Of a stretch of DNA of 64,000 bases, positions 12,830 to 28,236 are shown piece after piece. The position numbers were made by a program, and so were the translations under genes. How positions within the stretch are numbered: position 1 is the first letter of the stretch; each line of letters starts with the position of its first letter. The DNA comes from Paraphysomonas bandaiensis (Eukaryota > Protista > Chrysophyceae), in the NCBI GenBank assembly GCA_965644295.1, contig CBFFRP010000097.1, forward strand, positions 124,001-188,000, given 5' to 3'. The notes below the pieces were generated by a model. The model did no database searches, was not told the DNA's origin, and saw only the letters and a list, made by a program, of their open reading frames with translations.

Positions 12830-13103
12830 CATATATGTATTCTACAGTATTCTTGGAGTCCTGAAAAGGTTGTGAGTCGTTTCAAACTTATTGAGGTGCA
12901 TGTGAAGTGGAAGGAAGTCAGTTAATTATCAGGCGGCCGTGTCATATACTTACATATATACATATATATATATATATATATTATAAATCATCTCGTAGAA
13001 GCTCACATTACTCTGTATTGTAAGAAATGTATTGGAGGAATTGATATTATCCATTAGAGTAATTGAACTCCGGTAGTGTGCATTGATTAACAAATCCAGT
13101 GGG

Positions 13104-16100
13104 ATGGCCAATCAGCAGGAAACTGCGTATGATCGGTTAATTCAACGCTTTCAAATCGATGTATTGGATCGTATTATTGCTGAGGTTAGTAATGGAAGGA
13201 TCAATGATGAGGGACGAGTGAGAACTGCACTTCGAAAAGACTTACAGAAAATAGTTGTCAATAATCTGGATGAGCCCGATCAAGTTAAGCTGCTGTTACA
13301 TGTTGGAAAGGAAATATATCATGCTCATGAAGTGCCATTGGCTAGAGAATGTTTTGAAGCTGTGATTACTAAACTAGCTGATGCGGCAGATAGTGCAGAG
13401 AATACTCAAGTCAAAGTTGAGGCTATTCATGGAATAATTAGATGTGATCACACGGATATACTAAGCAATCCTAGATTCAGTATTGCTCCTATGGCTATGA
13501 GCAAACTTCTCAACGGCTTGGAAATGTTGCGAAGCTCATTGACATCCTTGTTTGAGCTGTCGATATCAGATCAGGAGAAACTTGCTTGGCTAGTGCTAAA
13601 TGGCTGTAAACTGATCTATTCTCTCGGTCAACCGCTATTACTGATAGGGTGCTCTAAGTATGTAGCTGAAACTATGATATTCGCATCGTTGACGATGGAT
13701 GCTGTAATTAACCTTTGTACTGCTCGGCATTTCCAGTTCAAATTGAAACTTGTCTCTACTGCATTCTCTGCAATGCTCACTTATGCGAGCATGGACGAGT
13801 GCAGTGCGTCCATCGCATACATAGCTGATAAAGTTTCCGAGTTGCGCGAACGCGAAGAGTTGGATCCACCCGTCTTAGATTCTACTGAGTTAACACTTAA
13901 ACAGGCCGAAATAGATATCGCTGTGATGCGTACAACGTTGGAATTCTGGAAGGACCCCGACAGTTTCGATTTAACGGCACTGAAGGGACCACACGAAGAG
14001 TTAGAATGCGCCGGAGATAGACACTCATATGCGGAGAGATGTTTGATGGAATGTGCACGCGTACAGCAACTAACGGCTGGAAATGTGAATGAAACATGGA
14101 AGAAACGGTCTACTTGTATACTGCGCTCATTTTTGGCGTTCACGGTCCCATCGACGGTGCCATCTGACGATGATCAAGTTGGTACTGAAGACGAAACAGC
14201 CGAGGCAGGTGGGAATGCAACAGAACCCGTTGTTGAGAAGGTTAATGTACCCCTTTCTGTGTGTGCCCTGGTGGATGTGATGACGGTGGCGATGTTTGAT
14301 TCTCTCGACGGAGTGAGCGCAGAGGAAGTCCTCGCACGTATCCAACTCATGATTCCTGACATTGCCGATAAAAGCAGTCAATTTTCTGAGTTTTCAGGGA
14401 TTGACCTTGATGTTTTGGTTGCACTAGCGGAGTTCAAGGGCAATGAATCGCCAGAAACAGCCTCAAAGTTAATTAAGAAATTGGAGGATATCATTCACAG
14501 TGACCACATGTACCCTCGAAAATCTCTTATTCGAAAAATTTCTCTTGCGATGTGGTCGAAATCCCTATATCCTGCGTTACAGGATACTCTCTGTCGAGCT
14601 GAGGCAGGCATTGGCACAGATGAGATCCAATTTATTGTTGAGCCAATGCTAACTGTGGTGCGCTGCCTAGATGTGGTCAGCATAGAAGACCCTGTCTTAA
14701 TGGGCAGTGTTGCACTAATTACCTGCCACCTGATAGCCTTAACTGATGACAAGAGGAGATGCATCTCGCTACTGCACAAAGCATTAGAAACACTAGACAA
14801 CCACAGAGCTGCGCGTGTGGACTTATCACTTCATTTGCCTGACGATGTACGGGATGTGAAGGCTCTCCAACATGCCTCATTCACGTGCCGATCCGACAAT
14901 GCGCCACTTTGGCACCAAGCGGCCAAGAGACTCGGCGCTCATGCGTTTGCTGGTTATGGCCTCTTTGGTACTTCATCGGCTATGTATCCATCGGATCAGG
15001 CAATGGCAGACATACACACGGACCTGCTTATTTTGCTGTTCCGAACAGAACTGGCCTATGGTATTAGTAGCAGGTCTTTAGGACTTGCGTTTAAGGCGTC
15101 ATCATCGAAGAAACACAAAGAAACGAGTACGAATAAACTTGCTGGTACCACCACAGTGAGCGGTAAATCATCTCATGTTAAAACCTCGTCAGTAGCTCTT
15201 CATGCAACTTCTTCTACAGCCGCGACCACTGCTGTCTTGGCGCCATCTGATGGTAAAGCGGCTATGGAGCGTGTCGATAAGTTGCCTTGCGTGACGAGCC
15301 TACGCAGCACTTGGGGCAAGAGTACCTACGGACGATGTCTTTTGTTGCTTGAGATGGCGCGCGTGGAGTTAATACCTGAGCAGCGCAGGACGTTATTGAA
15401 AGAGGCCGTAAATTGTGTCACTGAAGCTGAGGATCGCGAAACACGTATGCTCAGTGCGTTTGACGAGTTGACGATTGTAACCGAGTCTACTTCGAGATAC
15501 CCAGTCGTGCTTGCCAGATCACACACTTTCATATATGTAGCACCAGTGGCTAACAAGAAGGTCAACTACGCCAGTGCGCATCACTACCGTGTCTTTGGGC
15601 GTGAAGAAGGATCTGGTACTGATGTATCTTCCAGCAGCGACGAATTGAGTGGATGTGACAAACTCATTTCTGCTTCAAATATGCATTCACCATCAGCTGC
15701 GGCAGCGAGCATATGTTCCTTGCGCTTAGGTGAGAGGTATGTGTTTGCCTCTGCTGGGTACGATGATGACGGTAAGCAATTGGGGGCTGTGTCGCCAACA
15801 TGCATGAGTGTTGAAGCTGTCAACCCTCTTCCAACATTGCTGCTGTGGGGCCATATTGCAACTCTAGCCGATGAATATGGTTATAATGACATTACTAAGA
15901 CAGCGGCGAGTAAAGTATGTGACCATTTTATTCACCAAGTGTATCCACAACAGAAAGAAGTGACATTTGGTAAAGGGATTAATGTATTCCCTATAGACCA
16001 GTATTTCATAAACACTCTTGCAGTTCAGCAGTCCTCTCCAGTACAACTGTGCAATTTTATCAAATGCTTTCTCCTGATGGAAACTATTCAATGCATCAAG

Positions 16101-19100
16101 AATGCAAATGATGCACTTATCGACACATCAGCCGTTGAAATTGCAAGTGTGAAACTACATTGGAATTTCAAACGTTCCCAGCAGCTATCCATTGTCAACA
16201 GCATGAATAGATTGTCTCTCGTAACTACTATTGCCAGTTATCTGCAGCACCACGAACTTATACTCAAATGTGTTTGTCTGGGGCATTCTTTAGTGTCTCA
16301 GTCACTGTACTATGACATGAATCAGCTGGCACCGGCACTTTCAAACTCACTCTTTGTGCTCATATCTGCATTACAGGTCACAAAGCGTAAGAACTGGCGC
16401 AGTCTAGACCACCACTTGTACTGTCGTCTGTTGTTATTTTCGTTAAAGTGCGCTGTGATATGTGGTAATACAGCCCTTATGAAGCCAATTCTGGAGAATT
16501 TCTACCCGGACCAAACAGAAGAAGTTAGTGAGAATGAAGATAATGCGAATGAAAACCTGAATACCACTGAGCTCAATGGGGATGTACTGAAAGAATATGG
16601 CGCTTTATTACATTGCCTTCAGCTGAAGAACGGTGAGATGCTCACTGACGATGTCTTAAAACAAATGCATTCCGTATTAGGAATTCCGAATCCTTCCGCA
16701 GATCAGCCAAATGATGTTGATATTTGGACCATTCCTGATGCCACCCGCATACATATGGCTCGTACCGAGGCCAATGGTTTGCTGACCTTTGACTCCAGTG
16801 GAGATGTTTCAGGAATTCACAAACAGATGTTGGAACTTCCACCCAGAACATCAGGGTTTATCGACATCGTCATTAGTTGTATGGAAGAGCTCCGCAATAA
16901 TGGTAGTGTTGATGATGTAAAGAAATTATTGAACAAATTTCCCATTCGAAAGTCTATACTTGCCAGTGCAGTGTCTGATGATTGCTCTAAATGGGAGCTA
17001 GAATTCATTCATGATATCTCACAATCCGAGGATGAGGAAAACGTCGAAGGGGAGACACCACAAGACAATGGAGATGAATCGTCGGAGACGAAGCCCAAGG
17101 TCAACATGGAAGTTTATTCCAATGTCGATGTACTCGAAATAAAAGCGCAATTCAAGGGTATTGCTCGAATATGTACTATTCTGGCTGATACAGGATTTTC
17201 GGCTCAGACTAAACGGAACGACTACCTTGATTCAAATCTCGGTCCTTTCGTACGACTTTCTCATAGAGACTTAGTGGAGGGCATTTCCGAGTATTGTCTG
17301 GACCTGAAGCGTCAAGATTCTGCAGATAAGGATTTCACACACAATGATGATAGTCAGCCCACTGAGACCTCTACGGCACCAACATCTCCCCGTTCTCCAG
17401 AGGACCCCCCATATACTCAAGTTGACTACGTCAAACATCTGTCATTGGCAGTCGTCATGTTTGTCCGTGGCGAATGTTTTCAAGCTGCACTCGATTCTAT
17501 CCACAAGCTTTGGACTTACATTCTCAACAAGTGGTACGATCCAAAAACATTCGCTGAAGAATTTTTCTCAGTGAAGAATTACGTTTTGACTTTAGCCGAG
17601 GCAATTGTGAAGATTGCTGAGATGCAGTGCGCGAGTGCCGTGACGAACGAGTCCTTTGAAGGCTCAATGGAATTTTGCCATCCCCATGATGTCAAAGAGA
17701 GCATGTACATACTTAAGGATCCATATGTATTTATAATGAAGGTATTGTGTCTGCTGAAGGAAGACAAGATTGTCGTAGACTACGGATCTCGTATGCTGGA
17801 GGTATATATATATAATGCACCAGAATATGCCAAGGTTTTATGTGATGGGCTTATGTCGTACCTCATATTTTCCCAAGAAGAAATCATTCGTATGGCGTCG
17901 GAGCGCGTTCAGGAGAGAGAACGCCGTTTAGAAGAATTTATTACAGCGTATGAAGAGGCACAGGCCAAGAAACGAAAGAAAAAACTTCGTATTGCCCGCG
18001 CTGAGAAATCTGACGAAGAACTGAAGTTTGAAGCTGATAAGTGTGCTTTTCAAGAAAAATTGAACCGTGCAAATATGGTGTATGAGTCAAGCTGTTCGCG
18101 CAAAGACGGCTTGATCCGCCTGTCAAAGCGTGTAGATGGAATATACACCACTGGTCAGCAGCTTTTTGATAAGGTTCGGAAAAGCTCATTGGAGTTTATA
18201 GCTGAATGCCGGGGGGCGCTTGCGCAGCATCCAGGTGATGATTTTTCCACTCTTTTGAAAAGCAAAAACTACCACCGTAAGTTCGACGAAATTGTTGATC
18301 ACTTTGACCAAGTGGCCCAGTTCTTGCGGGAAAAGAAAGAGTGTGTCTCACTACTAACAGCTCTGCACGAACAAGGTGATTTCCTTATCCTGTTTGACCA
18401 GGTAGATTCTGCCCGCAGTGTGTGGAGAGATGCCATTGATGGGTTGTTTAACACATTGGATGCCTGGAAGGAGTGGCATGATGTGACTTCAGTAGCATTG
18501 CGTGATTTGGACGATAACATCACTAAATCTGCCATTCCTGCACTCATTGTACTTGGAAAACTTTCTAGACATTGCAGCAACAATGATTTTGATATGAAGT
18601 CCAATTATTGTCAGATGGCAGCCAGGATATGTCGTATTCCGTTCATGGAAGGGATTGGGCATCCTTCTAACTTAAATGGATTCGCTGCTTATTGCTGCGT
18701 AGAGTTGGGCGGAAAGGCGGCGCTTGAATTTAACTCCTCTTTGTTCACGGCTTTTTCATTTCAGTCTGCGTTGGAAGAAATCATCAGAGTTCTGGGATAT
18801 GAGGGCCAGGAATTACACGCGCTACCTGTTGTCGTGTTGCTGGAGCACTTCAATGGGTACTATACACGCAGGGTAGATAAGTTCTTGGAGGCTCGACTAC
18901 AAAGAATTAGGTTTTTAATATCGCTTCATATGTTCGCCGAGGCGTCCTCCATGATTGCATGCACCTTGCCTACCTTGCGAAATGTAGAGAACGGATATTA
19001 TTGTGATGCTTTAAAATCTGCTATTGCTGCGGAGGAAGGACAGGAGGCGTTCAATACTGGTGTCAATGGGCTAGAATATCTTGGCAAGCCACCATTTTTC

Positions 19101-22100
19101 AATCATCTTCCTCCAGAGGATGAGCAGAATCAGAAGTTTCTCAAGTGGCTTGCAGATTTTCCTAGCCAATTCTCAGAGGCTTCTAAGACATTCACTGTGG
19201 ACTTACCTCCCCTGGTGAAAACAGAAGAAGAGCTTGCATTGGAGAAAGCACGAGCGGATGCTGCGGCCACAGAGTCTGCTGCAAACAAAAAAGGGAAAAA
19301 GAAACAAGAAGAAGCAGCAGCGGATCCAGTGGATACACCCCCTCGAGTGCGCCCTTTATTTTCGCGATACCATATTGCAGAAGTATATATTGTATGTGCT
19401 CAGTTTTTAATGGGCATTGCAAGACTGGATCGTCGCTTATGTGTTTCGCACCATGCAGTTTTAGAAGACCATATGAATGTATCTCAGGGGCTTATCGCTG
19501 CTGCTTTACAACATCTGAAAGTACCAGAAATTCCTGATGAGCATGAGGAAACAAAGGAGCCCACAGATCCCCTGCTTTTGAATCCTACTGAAGGACCGTG
19601 CTCATGGGCCAATTCCACGTGGGTCTCATTGTATCGCCGCTGTCGGGTACTGCATATCGAACATTTGTTTTTGCAACGGAATTTTAAAGCCTCAAGAACG
19701 GCTTTGTTAAGTCTGCTTCAGCATCTCACCTGTGTGTCCGGAGTGTTCGGGGATGCGAAGTACGAGCTCACACAGTTGTGGTTACAAGCAAAGTTAGTGC
19801 TGGCACAAAATGCAGAATACCAAGCACGATTCACAGATGTTATAAAATTGGCTGGCCAGGGTGCCATGGAAGCGTCACAGATTTGTTCTGGGTATTGGGT
19901 CAGAGCGTTTCTACTACAGAGAGCAGTCGTTCACTTGAAAATTGGTAATATTACTGAGAGCGAGACGGACTGTCGTGCAGTTCTGAAAAGCTTCGAAGAC
20001 TCTAAAATTATATGCATTGACTCTGTCCGCGCACATATCATGTTGGCTTCAGTGTTGCATACGATGTTTTTAAACTCTAATCTAGATAACGCCATCAAAT
20101 TGGGAAGTGAGGCCTTGTCACATGTTCGCCTTGCCAAAAACCACGCCCAGGACTTATGTGCCGAGCGCGGCTTCTTGGGAGGTGATAGCAACTTTACCTA
20201 CTCATATACTCCATCTGTGGTGATGAAACACGATAGATTCACTCCTTTTCATCATAATATCACGAAAGTATACTGCAACTATCCCGACATGTTATCTATG
20301 TCTCTATCGCGCCCGTCAGATTCGGCAAGAGCAGAGCGAGACGAGTGGGGCGGGGACCTCTATGTGAATGGTTTCCTGCGGCCTGCTCCGGTAGACACGA
20401 ATGACACATATACGACATCACCGATATGCACTATATACCTACGAGAAGTGCGAGTTCTCAGTGTGTGTTATAACTCTCTGTGTATTCTTCTAGATGAACT
20501 GCGTTTGGCCAATATCTGCTCTTCACTGAGTTCTGAATATGGGGCAGAGCTGTCACCGAATGTGTTACTGAAAGAGCAGCTAGTTGCTGGGGAAGAGGGT
20601 CTTAAAGTAAGTGCTTTATGTGTGTCGATTGCTTTTCATGTTTCCGTGGTATAATAATGTCTCGTGTAATGTGAGAATGCATCGCTCATAAATACTATTC
20701 AGGTATTGCGGTATGTTGTGTACCCATCTTCTTATATTAAGAGCGGGTTGCTTTTGAGTGTGGGCAAAGCAAGAGCAGCGGAGTCGCAGCAAGACACTAT
20801 GGCTGGTAAGACGCGAATAAGTTTTTTATACCACCAGCAAGTCAATAAGATGTATTTACGGAGTTAGTTTTGGAGTACCTCTCCTTTTACAATAGCGATG
20901 TGTGGACACTATATTTATTATTCCTCTCTAACGTTTTTCGTATAGGCTTGTTCCCTGACTGCAAATTATTTTTACCACCACTTCTTGCGGGGTTGGAGGT
21001 GTGCATTGCTGGGCCTCACCACTGGGACTGTATGAAGGCGTTATGTCTGGAGATAGTAGAATGTTATGGCAACCAGTCTCTGAATATAGATGACGATCAC
21101 GTACTGCGACTAAAGAACGCGGTCAAATACCTGAGTCTAGCTTCTAAACTGGACAACATGAAGTTCAATGTTGACAAAAAATCGCTGGAAACAGGCTCAT
21201 CACTCACTGAATCTTGTCCAGAGGCCCTGTGTAATCTACTGACAGCTGTCACCTCGTCGTCTGTGTATGGCAGCGATAAATCATCACTTCCATCGTCTGC
21301 CGCTTCAGTGGATGGCACTGTGCCGGCCACGAAAGGGAAGGGGAAAAAAACTGATTCTACTCCTGCCTCAAAGGCAGGAATTCCAGCTGCTAGAGATGCA
21401 TTGTGGATGCTTTCCTCATTAGCACGAGAGGGTAACGTGTTTTGGCAAGATGGTATTGAGTACGAATTGAGGTATGACTTAGTTAATGAAGTCAAGAATA
21501 GCTTCCAATCTTTTGGAGAGAGTCATTTCATTGCTTCGCTTCCGAATTCTGAAGAGGAATTGGTTGTAGCGGAGTCATCGTTGACGTCACTGTGGTCTCC
21601 ATGTAGCCCTGTAGAGTCAGACACAAAAAACAGTTCGAAGAAAGGTTCTCGAACGTGCTTATTTACCCACATGACCGGGTATCTATTGTTGGGCGGGATC
21701 AAGAATGAAGAAGATGGTTCTGACATTGCCGCAGTTGAGCCGTTGCTTACTAAGGTGATCACCTCACACGAAGCACTTGTGGGCATGGAGCTATCATTCA
21801 GGCGTATGAAGGAGCGTATCGAAAATGTGGCGAAGGTGTCTGACGGGAAGAGAAATGGTCTCCTTCAATCGGTATCAAATGATTTGTGTATCTTGCTTCA
21901 AGATTTCTTTTTTTTGTTACGTGGTGGGAGCTGCAAGCAGGACCAGGAGGCCCTGTCCCTTACACCGTTTGTGGATGATGAGAATCAAAATGTAACTTTA
22001 GCCATCAGTGGTTCCCCTGTCTGTAGCATACCTGTTGAAGGTGATATCATAGGACAGTTCGCGACAGTCGTTTCACATGACAAGTCGTGTTTGAATTTGA

Positions 22101-22150
22101 TGTGTGATAGGTCAGTAGCTCTGTATTTCTGGGCTGCTTTAAAGCAATAA
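13104..22150 (+). CDS. CFAP54: Cilia- and flagella-associated protein 54 (central pair projection)
   Basis: Exons 13104-20606, 20703-20805, 20946-22150 with GT-AG introns. WLVLNGCKLIY..YVAETMIFASLTMDAVINLCTARH and ERYVFASAGYDDDGKQLG..NPLP resemble CFAP54; ~2900 aa. Confidence 0.85.
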
Positions 22151-22499
22151 AATAACTATGTAGTGACATAGCCGAGTTAAATGTTATGTCGCATGTAATT
22201 GTTACTGGACTAGTTTGAGTGAAAAAATTGCATGAACATAGTAATAATTATATCATTTTATGAACAGTGACTTGTACAAGTCTTCTGCACTGTTTTCATT
22301 CAATAATCGCATACATTGTGACAAAAGTAATGTTGACTAAAACTGAATGAAAAATATCTAAAGTAACATGTACTACATGATATGTGAGGTAGTGTTAGAA
22401 AGTTACAACGTATGTAAAGTAAAGAAGGTGTAGAAATCATAAATTTTACTATGTAATAATAATAATTAAATACATCATGGCATATATGATGACTACGAT

Positions 22500-22750
22500 A
22501 ACCTGAAGTCCTCAGATGTCAGGTATATCACGATGTTGCTTGCTCATTGCAATTTCTCTGAGTGATTGAGCAAAAGTGGTTGCACCTTGGTGCTTGCGGT
22601 GGCGCACAGTCAGCTTTCGCAGCGTTATATGTTGGATATCAGAGTTAAGCACTAGTTCTGACTCTTGCAAGCCAATTGCTAATAATAAGACATCGGGAAT
22701 AGGCCCACCTCAAGGGCATCCGGGATATTGGGGTGCCTGCTGAAGTCACT
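22500..22750 (+). repeat. Dispersed repeat family A, copy 2
   Basis: Core as in copy 1, followed by ggaat..cccacctcaaggg..gatattggg..gctgaagtca. Confidence 0.85.
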
Positions 22751-23456
22751 ACTGCTTGCAGTGATATTCCACAACCGTGTAGTCATCAGGGCTGCGTATT
22801 TGTCAATCAATTGGCGCAGGTTGTAGTCATTAAAATTGCAATTATCACTTACTGTCCCAATTTCAATAATTACTCATCACGAAACATATAAGGCGTTTAC
22901 CATCTAATGTAAAAAAGTGACTCTCTAAGATTGTAAATTTCTGGTTGGCGGTAGTAAAGTCAATAAATATAACAACTTGAAATGAATGATGATAAATCGC
23001 TGTCTGTGAGCACTTAAATATTAAATTTAAATTATAACTGTTACTTAGCGTAGAGTGTATATTTTATATTACATTCAGTAAATTAAGTGTTTATTATATT
23101 ATTATTACATAGTTATCTAATTTTGCAAAATCTGAGAGCTACAATTTAGTTCATCGGTCACCGTAGAGCTGTTGCAGAACGGATTTAGTAAGTTGAGTAT
23201 TGCTTTGTTCTATTATCCAGTGTTGATGACACACACACTTAACAGAACGAAATAGCATCTGGCAATAATATGCCTTGTAACTACAGCTATATCAGTAACC
23301 AAGCAAAAACGATAACTGCATACTACTTTTTGACTTTTTGGACAAAAATATCAACACTACCAAGCGTTGCACGTAATACTAGGTCAGAATATCAATATTA
23401 TTGTTAACGTGTGTGTGTTTACAGCGTGTTGATATAAAACTTAATGTCAAACATAT

Positions 23457-24611
23457 CTATTCTGAACAATTTTGTTCTGCTGCATATACGGCATTTATAA
23501 TATCAGTGTAAGTTACAACGCCACATAGCGGTTCCGATATTGAGGGAGCAATCCACAGTCTATGGAGACCATTAGCTAACATTATCTCAGCTGCAGCGCG
23601 AACTGTGGTATCAGCGAAAACAATACGGGCGGGATTTAAATGTCCCTCCAGTTTGGCACGTAGAAATTGTTCTACATTTTGCTCAGCTAAAAATGCAGAA
23701 GCAGTGCTTTGTAAGCCACGCAAGTCAGAGGCGGAGAATGTACTAATTACGTGCCCTACACACACTAGTATTACATACACAAGTCTGATGCAATATCATT
23801 CAGTTAGAACAAATATCATTCAGGGTGTGATGCAATTGAATATAGAAATAATCGACAGTGGCATACCTTCTCTGTCCACAACAGGCATGGCATAGTGGAC
23901 AAGGAGTAACTCAAGGGCAGATTTGACAGACATATCGCCACTAATACAGTCAGGCTTTGGGGTGCAAATACTCATTACAGGCGCTTCTAGAGATGACTAA
24001 CAAAGTGAGGTCAATTGCACCCACTACAGATGCAAAACACAAAGCATTGAGTTAGGCCTACCTTCAAATGAGGATATTTAGTAAAATCTGTTTGAATAAT
24101 GTATTTCACCACATCGGTTTGAGTCAATATCTTAATCGTACTACCAGTCGCACTATCGTCATAAACTAGTATCCTGTGCGTGCCTGTATCATACCATTCG
24201 AATTAGAAGGTGAGTACATACAGTCACACTACCTTTACAAAGATGTTCCATAGTAAAATAAAGTGAGCAATGTGCTGGTTCGACCCATAAAGAAAGAGAT
24301 TCATTAGTAGATCCAACAGCTTCTGCAATCCTACTCCCTAATTTCATAGAGACATCACCATCACCAGCTAGCACGAATGCCAATATATCAATAATAGACA
24401 CCACTCCTATGTACTGCTTATCTCCTGCCACTAGACTCACTCCACCTGACCCTATCCAGCTACCAGGTGTACCATAGACACCTATTGATATGAGATTCTC
24501 TTGATTGAGGGTTTCGATGACCTCTGACACGGGACTGAAGGCATCTACTGCTACAAGCTGTCTCTTGTGGGATATGAGATCTCCTATTGTCACACTACAC
24601 CACGATGACAT
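23457..24611 (-). CDS. CBS-domain protein (AMPK-gamma/SDS23-like), spliced
   Basis: CBS pairs: VDAFSPVSEVIETLNQENL..YIGVVSIIDIL and TTVRAAAEIMLANGLHRLWI..GVVTYTDII; several short introns. Confidence 0.8.
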
Positions 24612-25110
24612 TGTCAATAATGTGAAAGAATGTGTTAATGATGTTTACTGGGTGTGATAGGCATCACTACTTAGATATGGCTGTGCTGGGCTGTGTATAT
24701 GTGTGTGCAACATATACACACATGATCCCTTCACTACCTCAAGTACGAAGTACTAAAAAAAAGAAGTATGAAGTGTTAATTGAGAAGGGGTATTTGACCA
24801 ATCAAATCTATGCAATATAATCTGTGCAATAAAAAGTGAGTATGCCAATTTCGTTGGTCTAACACAAGCCAATGGGAATGGTGGTATATACTCCTCCACA
24901 TACATACAGTGGCACACAGCTATGGAACAGGTCCTCCTCATACATATAGAGACATGCGTATATGACGTGTATGAATAACTATTAATTAAGATTCTATTTT
25001 CTCATTGTCATTGTTGAGATTAAAGACTCAAACTACTCATTCTAATACTGGAGATTATCAAGTGAGCATCGTCTGTCTTGGCGTGATCACTGGACGTCTT
25101 CGTGAACATA

Positions 25111-28062
25111 ATGAGGACGGGCATACAGTGTATTAGAAGACATCATATACATGCCTTTAAACCGCATTACAGAGCCTTCTGCACTAGTCCTATTTGTGGA
25201 GATGTCATCATAATAGGCGGAGGGCATGCAGGGTGTGAAGCAGCCGCAGCTTCTGCTCGCACAGGAGCAGATACCATCCTTGTCACACAACGCAGTGATA
25301 CTATTGGAGAAATGTCATGCAATCCATCTATAGGAGGAATAGGAAAGGGGCATTTAGTACGAGAGATAGATGCATTGGACGGTGTCATGGCCAAGGTTAC
25401 TGACAATGCAGGCATTCATTTCAAAATGTTGAATTTGCGGAAGGGACCAGCAGTCCGCGGTCCGAGAGCACAGGTAATATATCTAATAGATCTAATTAAG
25501 TACTCGCTAACAAGTAAATTTACGCACTCGTGTAGACTGATAGAGATCTATATAAAGCGGAAATGCAACATGTATTAGGTAACATGCCACGCCTTAGGAT
25601 AGTTGAGGCGAGTGTTGAAGACGTAATCCTCAACGACAGTGACAGTGCAGTGAAAGGCATCTTGACAAGTGATGGTAAGCTTAGAAATAAAGCATGAACG
25701 AGTGACAGTATAATATCATGTTTATTTTTACACTAGCCTGTTGTTTTAGATTCGAGTATATAGTGCTCCAAATAGTATAACGTAAAATGTAGGACAGCAG
25801 ATTCGTGCTGAGAAAGTTGTTGTAACTACCGGAACTTTTCTACGGGGCAGGATATATTTAGGTCTGGAAAGTTTCGCTGCTGGAAGGTGCAATATGTCTA
25901 AAAAATTATATAGCGCGCTTTCATGCTCCGTGAATAGTGTAGCATTTCTATAACAGTACCATTATTTTTAGTTTGAAGTAGAACTATCGTCAGTTGGTCA
26001 TATTTTGTTTTTGTGCAGACAAATGCGGGACTCAGATGAGTTGGAACCTCCATCTATCGGCCTTGCTGCAACGCTTGAACGGTAAAATTCTTTTACGTAT
26101 TCATAAGTAGTAGTATGGCCTCCACATAACGTATCTTGTATTTGCACTTCGTTAACATTTATTTATATTAACACGCGGTGGTTATATAATATTAGGTTAG
26201 AGTTTCCTCTGGGTAGACTTAAGACTGGTACCCCTGCTCGATTGAAAGGTAGCACCATCGACTGGACTCACCTTCAAAAGCAATATGGTGATGACCCTCC
26301 TCCAGCCTTTTCTTACATGAATGCCGGAAAAGAGTTGAAAATGCAAGGCCAATTTATTCATTGCTCGCAGACTTTCACGACGCCTGAAACGCATAAAATT
26401 GTCATGGACAATGAGCACCTTTTACCCACTTATGATAGTGGTGATAATGATGGCGCTGGACCTAGGTACTGTCCTTCATTATATCTTAAGGTATGTTGGG
26501 TGTGCTCCGTTGGAGTGTTGTATAATTACGATTTCAGGTGAAGCGCTTCAAGAATCGCGATAGGCATGTAGTCTGGCTTGAACCTGAGGGTCTAAGTACT
26601 GATCTTGTGTATCCTGCTGGATTGTCTGGTCCATACCCTCTCGATGTTCAGATGAAGATACTTCGTAGTGTGCCTGGACTAGAGGCAGTGGAAATTTCGA
26701 AGCCTGCTTATGATGTGGAGTACGATTATGTTGATCCTCGGGTTTTGAAGAGAACACTGGAAACTAAGAAGGTGTGTTTTGGGCGAAATATGTGACATAT
26801 ATTTGCTGCTTGTTGCATGTATACTGTCTACTATTACACTACATACCTGTTATGTAGTTGGTATGACCTGTGCGCAGTAAATAGTAAACTTCATGCAGGT
26901 GAAAGGACTATTCTTGGCTGGGCAGATCTGCGGAACCACAGGATATGAAGAAGCTGCAGCACAGGGTATTATAGCTGGTCTAAATGCAGGCCTTTCGGCA
27001 GCCGGAAAGTCCCCTTTTACATTGGGCAGAGATGAAGGTTACATTGGTGTTCTCATCGACGACCTGATATCGCATGGGGCCTCAGAGCCGTACCGAATGT
27101 TCACATCACGTTCAGAATTCCGACTTTCTTTACGACAAGACAATGCAGACCTAAGACTAACCCGGAAAGGCATTGAATGGGGCTTCATCAGTGAAGAGAG
27201 GCAAGAATGCCTTCGGAAGCGGTACGCACACAATATGTGTATTTTGGTTTCATTATTTTAGCTATGACCGTTTGTTTCTACTTTTTCGATTTATTTTGAT
27301 TTCTTTAATGTGCTACCAGTGAACACGACATTGATTCATCCATAGCACGATTGAGAAGCTTTTCCCTACATAGACATGAGTGGAAAAAGAATGCACAAGT
27401 TGGAATGCAGCTTAGTGATAATGGTAAATATTATGCATTACAGTATCGTACTCCTCGTTGATGCATTTCATTTTACCTGACGTGTATCTATATCAACAGT
27501 GTAATTATACAATATGTAGGCGATGGGAAGCGAAAGACTGCCGAGGAAGTACTTTCCATTCCCAATGTTACACTGAAGGAAGTCGTTAGAATTATAAATA
27601 CACACAATGCCGACTCGGACGCTGAAACACAGTTTGCTGTCGACGACACAGCATATGATACTGTGGAGGCAAACTGCAAGTATGCGATGTATCTAAGCCG
27701 GCAGCAGGAAGAAATTGATAGGTACTTTATGTTGATTATATATTAGATATACCCCCACACACTTTTCCTTGCTATACATAATATATACTACGCCGTGTAC
27801 ATGATTATATCCTTCGAATATATCATCATAATCATGTGGCAGGTTTAAACGTGATGGTGGTTTGGTCATTCCAACCAATATAGAGTACACATTGCAAGTT
27901 TTTCCCGGTCTATCTGTGGAGGAGCTGGAAAAACTTGAAAAGTATCGCCCAGATACGCTTCACGATGCTGGAGCTATTGCAGGAATGACTCCCGCAGGAC
28001 TAGTGTATTTACATAACCAAATCAGAAAATCACTGCGAATGGAATCGGCAGCCCGCAAGTAA
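25111..28062 (+). CDS. MTO1: Mitochondrial tRNA U34 modification enzyme MTO1/GidA (MnmG), spliced
   Basis: [88 protein letters not shown]; N-terminus resembles a mitochondrial presequence. Confidence 0.97.
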
Positions 28063-28202
28063 ATATTGGAGTTGTGATTCGGGTCACAGGCTTATAATGG
28101 GGAGTATTTGAGACCTTCAGTTATCTTTTAATGTACTTAAAATAGTTTGTTAAGTATTATATTATATTGAACTGTCGGAAAAGAGCTGAAACACTGAGGA
28201 AG

Positions 28203-28236
28203 GCAGTATATATCGTAAAGCAGTATATATCGTAAA
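28203..28236. repeat. Exact 17-bp tandem duplication GCAGTATATATCGTAAA x2
   Basis: Read directly at 28203-28219 and 28220-28236. Confidence 0.9.

Noticed and set aside
12386-12885. MYVC/HTYI repeat ORFs here and at 31494-32447 and 58773-59269
   Set aside because: They are translations of (TATG)n, which has no stop codon in any frame; they also falsely extend the cytochrome b561 ORF.
13781-21786. Numerous antisense and alternate-frame ORFs within CFAP54 and other long CDSs
   Set aside because: Shadow ORFs of real coding sequence with no recognisable motifs.
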